A DNA stretch of 64,000 bases from Heteronotia binoei. Taxonomy: Eukaryota. This document shows positions 1 to 12,900 of the stretch, one piece after another. Positions within the stretch are counted from its first letter, which is position 1. The number at the start of each line of letters is the position of its first letter. Under the pieces are notes generated by a model. That model had not been told where the DNA came from and did not search any database. It saw nothing but the letters and a program-made list of their open reading frames with translations. Location of the stretch: the NCBI RefSeq assembly GCF_032191835.1, contig NC_083235.1, forward strand, positions 61,814,001 to 61,878,000. The letters run 5' to 3'. Position numbers and translations under genes: made by a program.

Positions 1-433
1 GGAGGGAAATGTCTACTCTATTATTCCCTATGGAGAACGATTCCCATAGGGAATAATAGGGAATTGATCCGTGGGTATTGGGGGCTCTGGGGGGGCTATT
101 TTTTGAGGTAGAGGCACCAGATTTTCAGTATAGCATCTAGTGCCTCTCCCCAAAATACCCCCCAAGTTTCAAAACGATTGGACCAGAGGGTCCAATTCTA
201 TGAGCCCCAAAGATGGTGCCCCTATCCTTAATTATTTCCTATGGAAGAAAGGCATTTAAAAAGGCGTGCTGTCCCTTTATATGTGATGGCCAGAACTCCC
301 TTGGAGTTCAATTATGCTTGTCACATCCTTGTTCCTGGCTCCACCCCCAAAGTCTCCTGGCTCTACCCCCAAAGTCTCCTGGCTCCGCCCCCAAAGTCCC
401 CAGATTTTTCTTTAATTGGACTTGGCAACCCTA
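1..433. mobile_element. hAT MITE family A (TAGGGTTGCCAA-type TIR), left end outside the window
   Basis: Same body as the five complete copies; ends TTGGCAACCCTA at 433. Confidence 0.9.
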
Positions 434-486
434 CTTTGCCCTATGACACACTGAATTACACCCAGATTATGACTCAAGGCACTCAC

Positions 487-3400
487 CAAAACACAGCAGC
501 AGTCACTGTAGTAGCTGGACCAAATGGGCCCCATGCATCCTCCCAGTTCCCGAACTGTGATCCTTTTTCCAATCACAAGATCAGTAAGGTTCGTGCCCAC
601 CTGCAAAATGACAACAGTTTATCAGACTTTTAAACTAGTGTGCTGCTGAAGCTGCTAAAGCAGTGCTAAAGTGAGCACTGCTGACCCTGCCTGCTGCTTT
701 TGTTGAGGATGTGGCAAGCCTCAAAAAGAGTGCAGAATCCCATGGCAAGCTCCTCCCTACATCCAAGATGGAAAAGGCTTAGAGAAGTGCATCTACTTAT
801 GAATATACAAAGCTACCTCTATGGCAGGGGTGTCAAACTCATTTATTAGGAGGACCAGATCTGACACAAATGGGACTTTGTTGGGCCAGGTCATGTGTGT
901 CATAAATGTAATGTAACGTAGCAGAGATATAAACGTTATAAAGGACACAGACAAACACAATTAAAGATATTATGTTTTAACTTAAACAAGACAGAAAGAG
1001 CAGGGAACTTCAGCAGCCTCAGAGCTTCAAAGGGCACGGACAGGAGGGGGTGGGGGAAGAAAAGAACCCGGGGGGGGGCCTGATTAAAGCCCTGGGTGGG
1101 CCAGTTCTGGCCCACAGGCCAGACATTTGACATTCTTGCTCTATGGCATTCAGCTCAGTATTAACTACTCTGGCTAATATTAAGCATCCAAGGTCTCATA
1201 CAGAATTTTTACCCAACCTGTAATCTAAGATGTTTTCAAATGCCAAGGTTAGAACTTGGAACCTTCCGCTATGATGATCTCCAGGACAGAGATGAAGCCC
1301 TGAGGACACTGGACAAAACATTCATACAAATGCAGCACATACTTTCAGATAAACATATAACAAACCTTTGCTTTCTTTCAGTCTTCATCAGGCTTACTAG
1401 TAGCCATTTGGTATTCACAATTAGGGAAGCGAACAGGTATTTTCTTATATTTTTAGACACCCAAAATATACCAATGAGTGTATCTGAACATTGTTCTGGG
1501 TAAGGGTTAACGCAGAATATAGGCAGCTGAAAGCAGGATGCGGAAGTGATAGATTTCAAGGGCAACAATGATAACGGAGTACTTTATAGTTGTCCTTTAA
1601 TTATACCAGAGAACATCTGCCATGGTAGCTTTTATGAGCTTTTGTGAGTCACTGCTCACTTCTTCAGATACAGCTAGAATGTATCTGAAGAAATGAGCAG
1701 TCACTCATAAAAGCTCATACCCTACCACAACTTTTGTTACTTTAAGGTGCTACTGGATTCTTACTATTTTCCCCTCTACATATAGTTCCCCACTTTGTAA
1801 CGACATGCACTTTTCTTGAGATCTGATAAAGGGTATGGAATGTCTTGGGGGATGGGGGGGGGGAAGTGTGAGCAACATTACATCCCTGAACTGATCAGTT
1901 CTCAAAAAAAGGCTAATAGGGAAGGAATAGTTTTTCAATATGCAACAGATACTGTAATTAGGTCAACACCTTACTGCAGAGTTAGACCACGTACACTATC
2001 CATGTATACTCACAAGGAAAAATAAGGAACAGCAGCCAGTAATCAGCATATAGACACAGGCATAAGCATCTCAACATAGCTGGTCTCCATCAAAAGGCAA
2101 TTCTCCAAAATAAATTAATCCACACAAACACAGGCATGACTAGCAATGTTGTTTGATTTCTATGGGTCTAAACTGTTATTTACACAAACTAAGACTTCAG
2201 CAACATTTCTTATACCTTGCTTTAGATTTAACAATAAACTCAGAAAGGCCAGATTAATTTGGGTACTGAGGCCATCCTGCACAAGTCAGAACCACTCAGT
2301 CTGACACTGAAGGGCCATACCGTAGGCAGCGTGGGGGGTGGCTCTCCAAGGTCCTTGGCACCATCCCTGGAGCTCAGCTGTTAAAAGAGTTTGTTAAGGA
2401 AGATAGGAAAAGGATGACTCGATTCAGTAGACAGCAAAGGTAGGCACTGGCCAGATTTTTCAGACAAGAATAAACTGTGAACAAGAATGTATTGCGGCAT
2501 AAACATAAGCGCATTAGAGGTGTCCTGTTAGATTAGGCTAGTGGTTCATCTAATCCAGTATCCTCTTTTAGGTAGTGGCCGAATAGCTTTCAACAACAAA
2601 CAGGCCACAGAGGACAAGGTCTCTGCCTGATGTTGTATACCAGCACTGCTGTTCAATAACGTGAACTGGCTCCGGATTCAAGTTCAGTAGGAAGTTAGAA
2701 ACCAACAAGGTTTTCGGGGCATGAGCTTTGGAGAGCCAAAGTTCCCTTCGTCAGTTGGATGTGGGCGGTAGGCTTTCCAATCTCCAGGTCCCAGCGGGGG
2801 ATCCCCCGGTTTTACAGGCTTCCCCCCTTCCCCAGCCAGCTGGTCGGTGGGGGAAGCCCCTCCCCCACAGTCATTATGCACCTCCATGAACGATTCCCAT
2901 AGGGAATGATGGGGAATTGATCCGTGCGTATCGGGGGCTCTGGGGGGGGGCTGTTTTTTGAGCTAGAGGTGCCACATTTTCAGTATAGCATCTAGTGCCT
3001 CTCCCCAAAATACCTCCTAAGTTTCAAAAGGATTGGACCAGGGGGTCCAATTCTATGAGCCCCAAAAGAAGGTGCCCCTATCCTTCATTATTTTCTATGG
3101 AAGGAAGGCATTTTAAAATGTGTGCTGTCCCTTTAAATGTGATGGCAAGAACTCCCTTTGAAGCAGTTCAATTCTGCTTGTCACACCCTTGCTCCTGGCT
3201 CCACCCCCAACGTCTCCTGGCTCCACCCCCAAAGTCCCCAGATATTTCTTGAATTGGACTTGGCAACCCTAGTGGGCGGGCGCCTTAATTATCACGACGA
3301 GTAACCACCGACGGAGCAAATCTCCCACGAATCGCCCTAGTGGCATTTTAAGCACCAGCCGCGGCAAACCTGCTTGCATACCGCGTGTCTGTTGTGACAG

Positions 3401-3663
3401 ACTCTCCTCCAATTTGACAAGCCTGGTTAACGACGACAACCGACACAAGGGTTCAAGCCATTCCCTCCTACCACCCGCAGCCACCCAACAGAGCAGATCA
3501 GCCAGCCTTGGCTTAAACGACCCTTCATTCACACACCCAATTCAGCCCCCCGCTTTCTTCCCCCGGGGAGGATATTCTGCAGCCGCTTGACCAGCAGAGT
3601 CTTGCCAGCGCCCGAACAGCCCAGCAGGAGGAACGTGGAACCACCGCGGCCAGCCGTTGCCAT
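487..3663 (-). CDS. ARL16: ADP-ribosylation factor-like GTPase 16, coding exons 1-3 (3' exons lie left of the window)
   Basis: Exons 3663-3576 (MATAGRGGSTFLLLGCSGAGKTLLVKRLQ, P-loop), 2379-2321 (KLSSRDGAKDLGEPPPTLPT) and 600-487 (VGTNLTDLVIGKRITVRELGGCMGPIWSSYYSDCCCVL) join in frame and match recalled human ARL16. Intron 1 is AT-AC, intron 2 GT-AG. Head-to-head with HGS as in mammals. Confidence 0.95.
825..1138. mobile_element. hAT (Charlie-like) MITE family B
   Basis: CAGGGGTGTCAAAC...TTTGACATTCTTG; TSD CTCTATGG. Confidence 0.88.
1633..1775. mobile_element. Penelope-type inverted terminal-repeat remnant
   Basis: 40-bp inverted repeat (1633-1672 and 1680-1719) followed by TTTTGTTACTTTAAGGTGCTACTGGATTC; related remnants near 30420-30540 and 51266-51372. 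Confidence 0.65.
2769..3271. mobile_element. hAT MITE family A in ARL16 intron 1
   Basis: TAGGCTTTCCAA...TTGGCAACCCTA with perfect 8-bp TSD GTGGGCGG (2761-2768 and 3272-3279). Confidence 0.95.
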
Positions 3664-3960
3664 GACAACTCCGCGCACTCCTTCTCCTTTCCCAAAACCA
3701 ATAAGCCACGAAAAAGACCGGAAGGACGTCAAGGCCGCTCCAATGACAAGCCGGCCAATCGTCAGTCACCGGCACGTGGAAACCCGCCTCCCTGCTAAGC
3801 GGAAGCCGGAAGTAGGGCCTAGGCTGCGGAAACGGATCCGAAGCGAAACATCAATCTGCGGTCTGTCCAGTCTGGTTTTGAGAAGAGGAGCACAATGGGG
3901 CGAGGCGGAGGAACTTTCGAGCGGCTTCTAGGTACTGGATAAGAGGGAGGGAGGGAGCGG
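3280..3960. promoter_or_regulatory. CpG-island bidirectional promoter shared by ARL16 and HGS
   Basis: CpG-rich; start codons are 231 bp apart. CCAAT at 3698, 3740 and 3755; E-box CACGTG 3773-3778; tandem ETS/GABP-type sites CGGAAG-CCGGAAGT 3800-3813. Confidence 0.85.
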
Positions 3961-6900
3961 ACGAGTAAGCCCCAGATGGAGACCCTCTTGATCCGCCCCT
4001 TAACCTGTGACCTTTGTTTTAATTCCCCAGTGAGGAAGGAAAGCAATTGAGATCTCATTCCCACCCCCGATCCTGCCTTTATTAAGACAGTTACTGCATG
4101 AGAAAGATCCACGCCCATAACCCCTATGTGCTCCAGCATATGTGTTTTTTCGCAAGCTGCTCTGTTTAAATGCCCTCGCCCTATTGAATGGAGGGCTCGA
4201 CTCTGATTCAGGGCTGTTGTTTCTTTTGTTTTGCATGGGGAAAACTGTCAGACTTCAATAACTTAGCCTGTGGAGTAGAGGAAAGTAACGAGATGGAGAG
4301 GGGGAATCTTTTTTTGCCAACATATAGGAGCTTATTCAGTGTTGTTGACTTTGCTGTCACGCTAACGTCCAAGCTCTGTAAGGTGACTAACAACTAGAAA
4401 GTCACAAGGGTAGATGCTGAAATCAAGACTGAGTCAAGAGGAAACATGATAATGCATTAAGGTAAATGTTGGATAGTAAAATATAGGAGATCTGCAGTGA
4501 AGTGCAAACTGCTTGTTATTTTATGAAAGGGGACAAATATGGGACGAATGGGTTTGGTTACTATTACATAACACTATCAACAAGCAGGAACCTGCAAGGG
4601 CTTGTAGGGGTGAATTTCCCTTTCCCACACTATTTTCTCTTTCTCTTCCTTGAAACCCCTCATAACTAGTCCCTTTTTCCTGTTTCCTGTCCTTTCCATC
4701 CTCCAGTCAGCTTATCTCTAATTTATCCCTAACTTGTTTTCTGCCCTTCTATACCCTTTACCTGGGAAAACTATGATCCACTTTTATGGTACTGGTTTCC
4801 AGGGTGGGTCCAGTTACAGAGTGGCAAATCAACAAGATCTTGCAAAGAGCACCCATTTTGCCCAGTTTCAACTTTCCATACTATTTTGTTTTTCTCACCA
4901 CTTGGCAACCTCTGTATCCTCAACCTTCTCGGCTTCCCCTCCATTTTTATCTGCTCCTCCATCTTCAGTTATTTTTATTGTTTATTTACTTCAGTTACAG
5001 CTCATCTTTCACTACAGTGGGGATTCAAAGCATCTTGCTGCATTTTCCTCTCCACCATTTTATCCTGAAAACGACCTTATGAGCAGGAGCAGATTGGGAA
5101 CAAAAAGCCCTGGGAAAGGGCCCTTCTCCCAGCCTGTCTCAGCCGTACACCAAAGAAGGAGGAGGTTGTCTGTCTGACCATGGTGTCCCCTCCCAAAAGA
5201 GGAGGGGTGGAGCAAAGAAAAGATACAAGCTGTGTGGTATCAAGTCATTGAGTGGTTCCTGCTCGGTCTGGCTCCAGTGAATCCTCTGCAAAGGCCAAAA
5301 CGACCCTGGAAAGGTCCCTGTCACCTCCCCTGCCCTTTTACTGAAAGAAACCAAGCTTCTCATGGTTGCTTAGCAACAGCCACCAAGGGCATCTGTTTCT
5401 TAAAGTTACAGATGTTCCCTTTATCATTTTGTGTTTTTTTAAACACCCCAGTATTTTGTTTAGATTTCATTTTTTTCTGCAAAACTGGGACACTGTTCAG
5501 GTTCATAAAAAGATCTGTCTTGTCCATTTATTGGTCCAAATTTAAGTATATTCAGATTTGGCTGACTTTGCTATTAGAATATACAAGTTGGGAACACGCA
5601 ACAACTTGCAGTGGTATGTATGTCTCATTACCTTTTCTCAGCTGTTTCCTCTTTACCTTCCCTGAAAGCCCCTATAGCCTCTCCTCTTTTCCTGCCTCCT
5701 TCTCACCTAACAGGCAACCTACCTCTATCTGCTCCTCTTTCTTCACCTCCTCCCACCCTCAGTGGTCTCTACCTAGAAAACTGTGGGCCAGTTATGTGGT
5801 GCTGGCCACTGGGCCAGGCCCTCTTGCATTGTAGGAAACTCATAAGAACCTGTGGGGAGGCACATCATTTCCACCTGTATCCCTCTTCCCACACTATTTC
5901 CCCTTTCCCTCTTCTTGGCAATTCCTATATATTATCTCCTTTCCCTGCCTCATTTTCTCCTTCTCAGCCATTTACCAACCTTCTTATCAAGTGAACCAGT
6001 GGCTGTTGCCAGACCCATGCCTGACCTCTATGAGTCTTTTCTCAGATGCCAAAACAGCCCTTGAAAAGGTCCTGCCCCCTCCCCTTGCCTTTTACTGACA
6101 AACTAAACCTAGAATGCTCTAGTTGCCTAGCAGCATCCATGGAAGGCTTCCATTTCTTAAAGCCACAGGTGATCCTTTTATAATGTGGGGTTTTTTTAGC
6201 CCCCAGTGTAATTTTTTTTTTTTTTTTAAGATTTCAGATTTTTCTGCCAGTCTGAGGCATTTTTTAGATTTGTAGAAAGACCTGCCTTGTCCATTCACGG
6301 GGCTAGTTGCTGGATTTAAGCATCCCCAGATTTGGTCAGTTTCACTATTAGACAATACAAGAAACTTTCAGGAGCAGCTATCCCATTCCACCCATCTTTG
6401 CTTCCTCCCTCAGCCATATTTTTTTTCAGTCTCTCCCTCTTTCTTCCTCCTGCCACCTTTTTCATACCTTTTCATTCCCTGATGTCTGTCACTTTCTTTT
6501 TCTGCTCCCCCACCTCAGCACACTCTTTCTCTTTCTACCTCCCCACTTCATCACTCTTTCACTCTCTTTCTGCCCCCACCTCATCACTCTTTCTCTTTCT
6601 TTTTGGCCCCATGCATGCTATCACTCTTTCTTACTTGCCCCATCACACTCTTGGCCATCTGCCTACTGTCCTTCCACAGCAGCAACAGTGGGGGCTCTCA
6701 GAGACACCCATCTGCTTCTCCTCCCCTCAAGCAACAGCAGCAGCTCTCCAAGGCACTTGCTGACTTCTTCCTGCCCCCAAAGCAGTGTTGGCAAGAACCC
6801 CTGGGAGCCTCTGCACCAGTTGCAGGCCCCCTTCCAGTAAGTTCCCTGTGTGTGCGCAGATAATGTTTTTGTTGGGGGGGGATTTAATCCCCCCAGAGTA

Positions 6901-9900
6901 TTTTAAAATGTTTTTTCTGCAAACGTGGGTTTCCCCCCAAATTTGGAGGAAAATATTTTTCTCAGTCTGAACCCAATCCACAGATTTAGATATCTATAGA
7001 TCTGCCCACACTTGAGAAATAGGTATATAGATGGATGATGATGATGTCCTTGCTGCTCTAGAGGAATGTAAAGAAAAAAGAGGTGTTCCAAGGTGTGTAT
7101 AATCCATGTTTCTCCAGTGTGTGGGTCACTTGAGGGAAAAGGAGAGGCTAGGATAACAGGATGAATAAGCACAAATACGGTTTCTAGTAATGACCCTTTG
7201 TTTCAGTTATGGATGAAGAAAATGGAGCTAAGCCAAAGGCTCTATGGGTGCTTGGGGAAAGGGCATTCTGGGAGTGGAGCCATTTGAGGTTGTAGATGAT
7301 TGTTGAACAGCAGAGAGACTACAGCACTGCAGGAATACTGTTTGAGGGACATAGAGCTGCTAAACTGCTAAAGCTTGGGAGACTCATACAGGCAGCTGAT
7401 CACATAGCAAAATGGACTTAGTTCTGAATAATTACTATGGAGAACTGCAAGTAAATTTCAAACAGGCCAAGTCATAGCTGTCCTGAACTCTTAGCAGCAA
7501 ATGGTTTGATCATTTCTAGAAGTCCTAATGATTATTTCTATGTCTTGCAGATAAAGCTACTAGTCAGCTTCTGCTGGAGACAGACTGGGAGTCCATCCTG
7601 CAGATCTGTGATATGATTCGCCAGGGCGACACTCAGTAAGTGCCGTAATCTACGCCAACCTTTGTGTTCTTCACTCTCAGCCCATCAAGAACACCTTGTG
7701 GTCATAGTTGTATCCGGGCCAAAAGGCTAGGAAGGTGTATCTCATTTTTTCTTGACAACCAAACTGTCCAATAGGTTAGCCTAAGGGGCTGTGGTGATTA
7801 TCCATGAATTAAGAATCTGAATTTGTTTTGTTTTAAATCCACTTCTTCAGCCATTGTATCACAGTGGCACTCTATAAAACTAGGCATCCAAGGATGCCCT
7901 GCAGTTAGTGAAACACTAGTGTTAACAGAAAAACTGTCACTACCAAGTGCTAATGCTAACGATAACGTCTATTCTTGGTAGTTTGCTTTGCATATGGAAT
8001 TGTAGGGTTTTCAGAAACTCGTTACAAGGTGTTAGCAAATAGGATTCACTCTAGGCATTTCCCACAGCTCCTAAGAGTAGAAAGCCTTAATAGGATATGA
8101 AGCATATTTTTCTTAACTACATAGCAGTTCCTGCATTTGAATACAACATCCATATGTGCAGAATATGTTCAGTAATGCAGTGTGGCTAATTTTGACTAGT
8201 TCACTGATTCTTTTAGCCTAGAGCAATGATAGGTCTGCAAACTTAAAATATGGCACCTGTCTTTCTTGCCTCCTCCACAAAGTTTGCGTGCATTGTGAAT
8301 GTTCATGATCTCTTCACTGGTACAGGGATTCTGGAATGGCTTACAAATAACTGGCTTTCATTGCAGGCTCATTTTAGGCTAAGCTAGTATTCTGTCTGCT
8401 TTTTATTGTGCAGGGCTAAATATGCTGTGGGTGCAGTAAAGAAGAAGGTCAATGACAAGAATCCTCATGTGGCTCTGTATGCACTAGAGGTAACCTGAAG
8501 GGAATACTTTCTCTGATTGTTGTCACTCTCCCTTGGTATCTGGGGAAATTGCCCTCCCCCATTCTTCTAACAGGTGAAGCCAGCACACTTAAAGAAGAAC
8601 TAGGCCTTATGTTGCTATCATTCTTTTAAATAAATTCCTTGAATTGCAGTCAGGGACTGTACATATTCTTGCATATTTTCATTGTAGGTTTTGGAATCTG
8701 TGGTAAAGAACTGTGGTCAGACGGTCCACGATGAAGTGGCTAACAAACAGACCATGGAGGAACTGAAGGAATTGCTAAAGGTAGTAATATTTGGCCATGT
8801 CTCTTTTGATGGTTGTCAGGGAAAGCCTCAGGAGAATAGAAAACATCAGGCACCAGCGTGTAGTTTAAAAAATCCAAACGGGGTCATCTGTGAATTTCCA
8901 GGCCATCTCTATCACATTTCCAGCCATCTGATAGATGGAGCTTCAAAATGAAAATGCATCTATCATCTGGCTGAGGGGGGAGCAATTTGGGGTAGTAAGC
9001 ATATCCATTTGTGTTGCTTCCCCCCACTTTTTATACTGTTAAAAATGAAGTATGTTGCCTGATAACATTCTCATCTAGGGTAAATTCCAGCTTCTTCAGA
9101 TGACTTGAAAATGGCTGATCCTGGTCTATGCAAAAGGAATGTCATCTCATTCATGTGAATGCTATTCCTCACATCTGACTTGTAATAATAATAATAATAA
9201 TAATTTTATTCTTATATCCCGCCCTCCCCCGCCAAGGCAGGCTATAGCTATACTTTTTAAAAAATTGTTTTGCTATTAATATTTTAACTGCCTGAGTAAA
9301 TCTGGTATGACTCTCAATAATCTCATCCATGTGTTCTCTCAGTAATCTCCAAAGAATTGCTGCCTGGAAAAAAAGTTCTGCATCAAGTGATTATGTATAT
9401 ATTATCCATCATTTTTACCCTGCACATTGAAATCTTGGTCTCCCACCACCAAATAGTTTGCACTGTGTTCAGCCTAATTGGAACTTTATACCAAGAACTT
9501 TATGTATATTTATTTACATACGGCTCTTAGGAAGACAAAAACCACCAGTTTGCACTGCTTTCATTCCGTTTTCCACTAATATTAGAGTGCTGTTTTGTGT
9601 AGCTTAACTGATACTTGATACAAGAAATCATCTCTTGATGTACTGCTCCTATGAAAACAAAAACATTCATTGTTAGTAATGTTATATACACCTTCTTCCC
9701 ATGGTTTTAGTTCTTGACCCATCTAAAGGTGAAGTCAGTGTTTGAGCCCACTATGCAGAAGTCACTTGAGAGAAAGTCAGGGGAAGGAGATACTCTTCCA
9801 TCCCTCATCAGTAACTCAAAGAGATGCTAATTGGCAATGAAAGTTCTTTAAATAAAAATAAGCCAGTGCCTTGACTAGCATATCTTTGATATTCTTTTTG

Positions 9901-12900
9901 TGTGCTACATTTGACTATTTATGTAGTCTGATGAGGTAAGGACAGTGTTTTCGGTCACTGAAATACCTCTTAGGTCAAACTTCAAGTTCCTTCCCAGTGA
10001 AAGTAGATTTGAGTAGAAAAACTTGTCTTTGTTACTTGTAAAATATTTAATATAGAGGTGTTGAGGAGGGGAAGTCTAGTACAAGATAGAATGGGAGACA
10101 ATTCTGAATGTTATTTCCCAAATAGATATTTTATGTGGTCATCTTTGCTCCCATTGGGCCTAGTGCATGATCCTGATTGTTCCCATTTCTACAGAAACAA
10201 GTTGAGGCCAATGTTCGTAATAAAATCCTCTACCTGATCCAAGCCTGGGCTCATGCCTTCCGCAATGAGCCCAAGTACAAGGTGGTACAAGACACCTATC
10301 AAATCATGAAGGTGGAAGGTAAGGAATGATGGGTCCCTCTGTTGTGTGGGTGGGGCACATAGTAGGCTGCAGATGTCTGGCTAGGGATTATGAAGAACCA
10401 GAGGGGGTTCTCCATAGAGTTGTTGATGCTGGGGGTAGTCTTAGTGGCTACATTTCCCAGTCTCAGTGGTAGCAGCTGCCTCACTTCTTGGGCCTTCAGC
10501 TGAGGTTGCAAATTAGCAGCCAGTCCCTTAATGACATCCTGACCTGGATAGCCCTCTCTCATAAGAACTTGGAAGCTAAGCAGGGTGGTAGTATTTGGAT
10601 GGGAAAACTTCAAGGAAGTCCAGGCTCGTGACACAGAAGCAAGCAATATGTAATCTCTGTAAGTGTCTCTTGCCTTGAATACACAGGGTTGTCATAAGTC
10701 AGTTGCGACTTGTACTAGTTTAAAATTTTTGTTAGGTTTCAGTATAAAGGGAAAGGAGTAATGCAGGGATACAGAAGCAAAAAATGAGAAGGGTTAGGGG
10801 AGGGACAAAACAGAAAAAAAACCCAAAGAGAAGCAGCAAATATAGCACTTACTTTTCTACCTCCAAACATAGCACCAAATTCTTTCTACCTGCAAGTTTT
10901 AAATTTTAACCCAGTATAACCATTAAAATCCTACAGTCTTATTATTTTATTATATACTTTTTACTATTCTATTACTTATGATATAAATCTAAATTGTTGA
11001 CCAATTACATGAAAGAGCAACAGTTTATAATCCCTTCTTTCTGAAAGCTTTCCGAGTCTTGATCTTCTTGAAGTAGTCTTTAATCCATACAAATGAGAAA
11101 AGCGAAGAAACCAACCACAAAACAAAACCCACCGGTTAATTTGAACAGTATTAGAGATAAGCACTAACTTTAACAATATTGACAATAGGCATAAGCAGAG
11201 AAGATGAATATCATTTCTTTATCCTTAATACTACCTTAATTGCTTCCAACAGAGAAAAAAGGGGAAAAATTAAAAACAAAACAAAATAAAACCTAGCAAT
11301 ACTTTATCTATTTCAATATAAATAGATTCTAATGCTAAAAAACAACAACCAGGAGTAGATCTTTAAAATTTTCAAATACCTGTGTTGTATACCTTGTTAT
11401 AAATTGACCCAAATTAATTGTTTGTCTAGGTTGAATGTTTAAGTTTCATTAAACTTTTTGGAGACTATATCTATTTTCATATTACTCTAAGAAGCATAAG
11501 TTTAATAAACAGTGACAGCCTCATTTCCCATACTAATTATTTTTACCTAAGTAAGAAATCATACAATCTCTATAAATTGCTCTATTTAACTTATTTTAAA
11601 AAGTAGGATCCCTAGATGAAAACGGCCCCCTCTCTCACACTTATTTATTTTTGCCTATGGAAAAAAATCATCTACCTCTATAACCCACTCTCTATTAAAT
11701 TGCTTTATATAGCTTTGAAAATGTATGATCATAGATAAAAATAACAAACAGAAGAGAAGCATTCAGATTCTAAAAGTCTCATTTGCCATTTCAAAGCCAC
11801 ATGCCTCTAGAAGTCTCGCTTGCCATTTCAAAGCCGTTTCAAGGCCGCACACCAGTTTCCTTTTATTAATTCCATGTTGACCAATTACGTGAAAGAGCAA
11901 CAGTTTATAATCCCTTCTTTCTGAAAGCTTTCCAAATCTTGATCTTCTTGAAGTAGTCTGCCTTTTCTCCCTTTAGCACATAGATCCGTTTTATTAAAAG
12001 TGGTGAGGCCTCCACGCCGTCGCTTCCTCCTGTAAATAATCAGGCTTGATTTCCACCTCCTTTTTGTAACTGCGCACAATGTCTCCATTTTGATTTCTTT
12101 CAATTCCTTTCCCACCGGATCTTTACCCACTTTTCTCGATTCCATAGTAGGCTTCCCAAGCCTCCCACTCTGCCGGGGGCCCTCCGGAGTAGTCCCATCC
12201 TCCCCCGGTCTCCAAATATCTGGAAGCGGGGGGGAGGGGGACCGGCGCGTCTCTTTTCCTGCCTGTCTCCCTGGAAGGCTTCAGCCTCCTCCCTTCCTCT
12301 GGGTCACAAAGACCCACCCACTGCCGGCCTGCTATTTGCTGCAATCTGGCCTCCCTTCGCGAGATGCATGCTGGGACTCGTAGTCCTTGCGTCCTCTTTG
12401 GCTGCCTGGTGGCATCTCCTCCTCGGGGAATCTGGGGGGGGAGGGCTCCGCCCCCAGAGGACCATGTGCGTTTCTACCTCGGGAGGCTTCAGTCGCTGAT
12501 TGAAAGGCTTCCTCTTGGGATGGTGTGTCTGTGTTACTTTGAAGAAGTTGGCAGCAACTCGTGAGTAGAGAGGCCCAGCCCCCTTCAGAATCGCCAGAAA
12601 TGGGGGGGGGGAGAGTCTGCTGAGCACTTCATTATTCCCTATGTGGAGATTCTCATAGGGTATAATGGGAAATTGATCTGGAGGTTTCGGGGGCTCTGGG
12701 GGAGCTGTTTTTGAGGTAGAGGCACCAGATTTTTAGTATAGTATCTAGTGACTCTCCCCAAAGTATCCCCCAAGTTTCAAAACGATTGGACCAGGGGGTC
12801 CAATTCTATGAGCCCCAAAAGAAGGTGCCCCTATCCTTCATTATTTCCTATGGAAGGAAGACATTTAAAAAGGTGTGCGGTCCCTTTAAATGTGAAGGCC

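Noticed and set aside
330-400. 20-21 bp tandem repeats (CCTGGCTCCACCCCCAAAGTCT) as a CRISPR-like array
   Set aside because: No unique spacers, eukaryotic context, and they are internal subterminal repeats of a MITE.
5232-5834. 200-aa ORF in HGS intron 1
   Set aside because: Low-complexity Phe/Ser/Leu composition from pyrimidine-rich DNA, non-ATG start, no motif.
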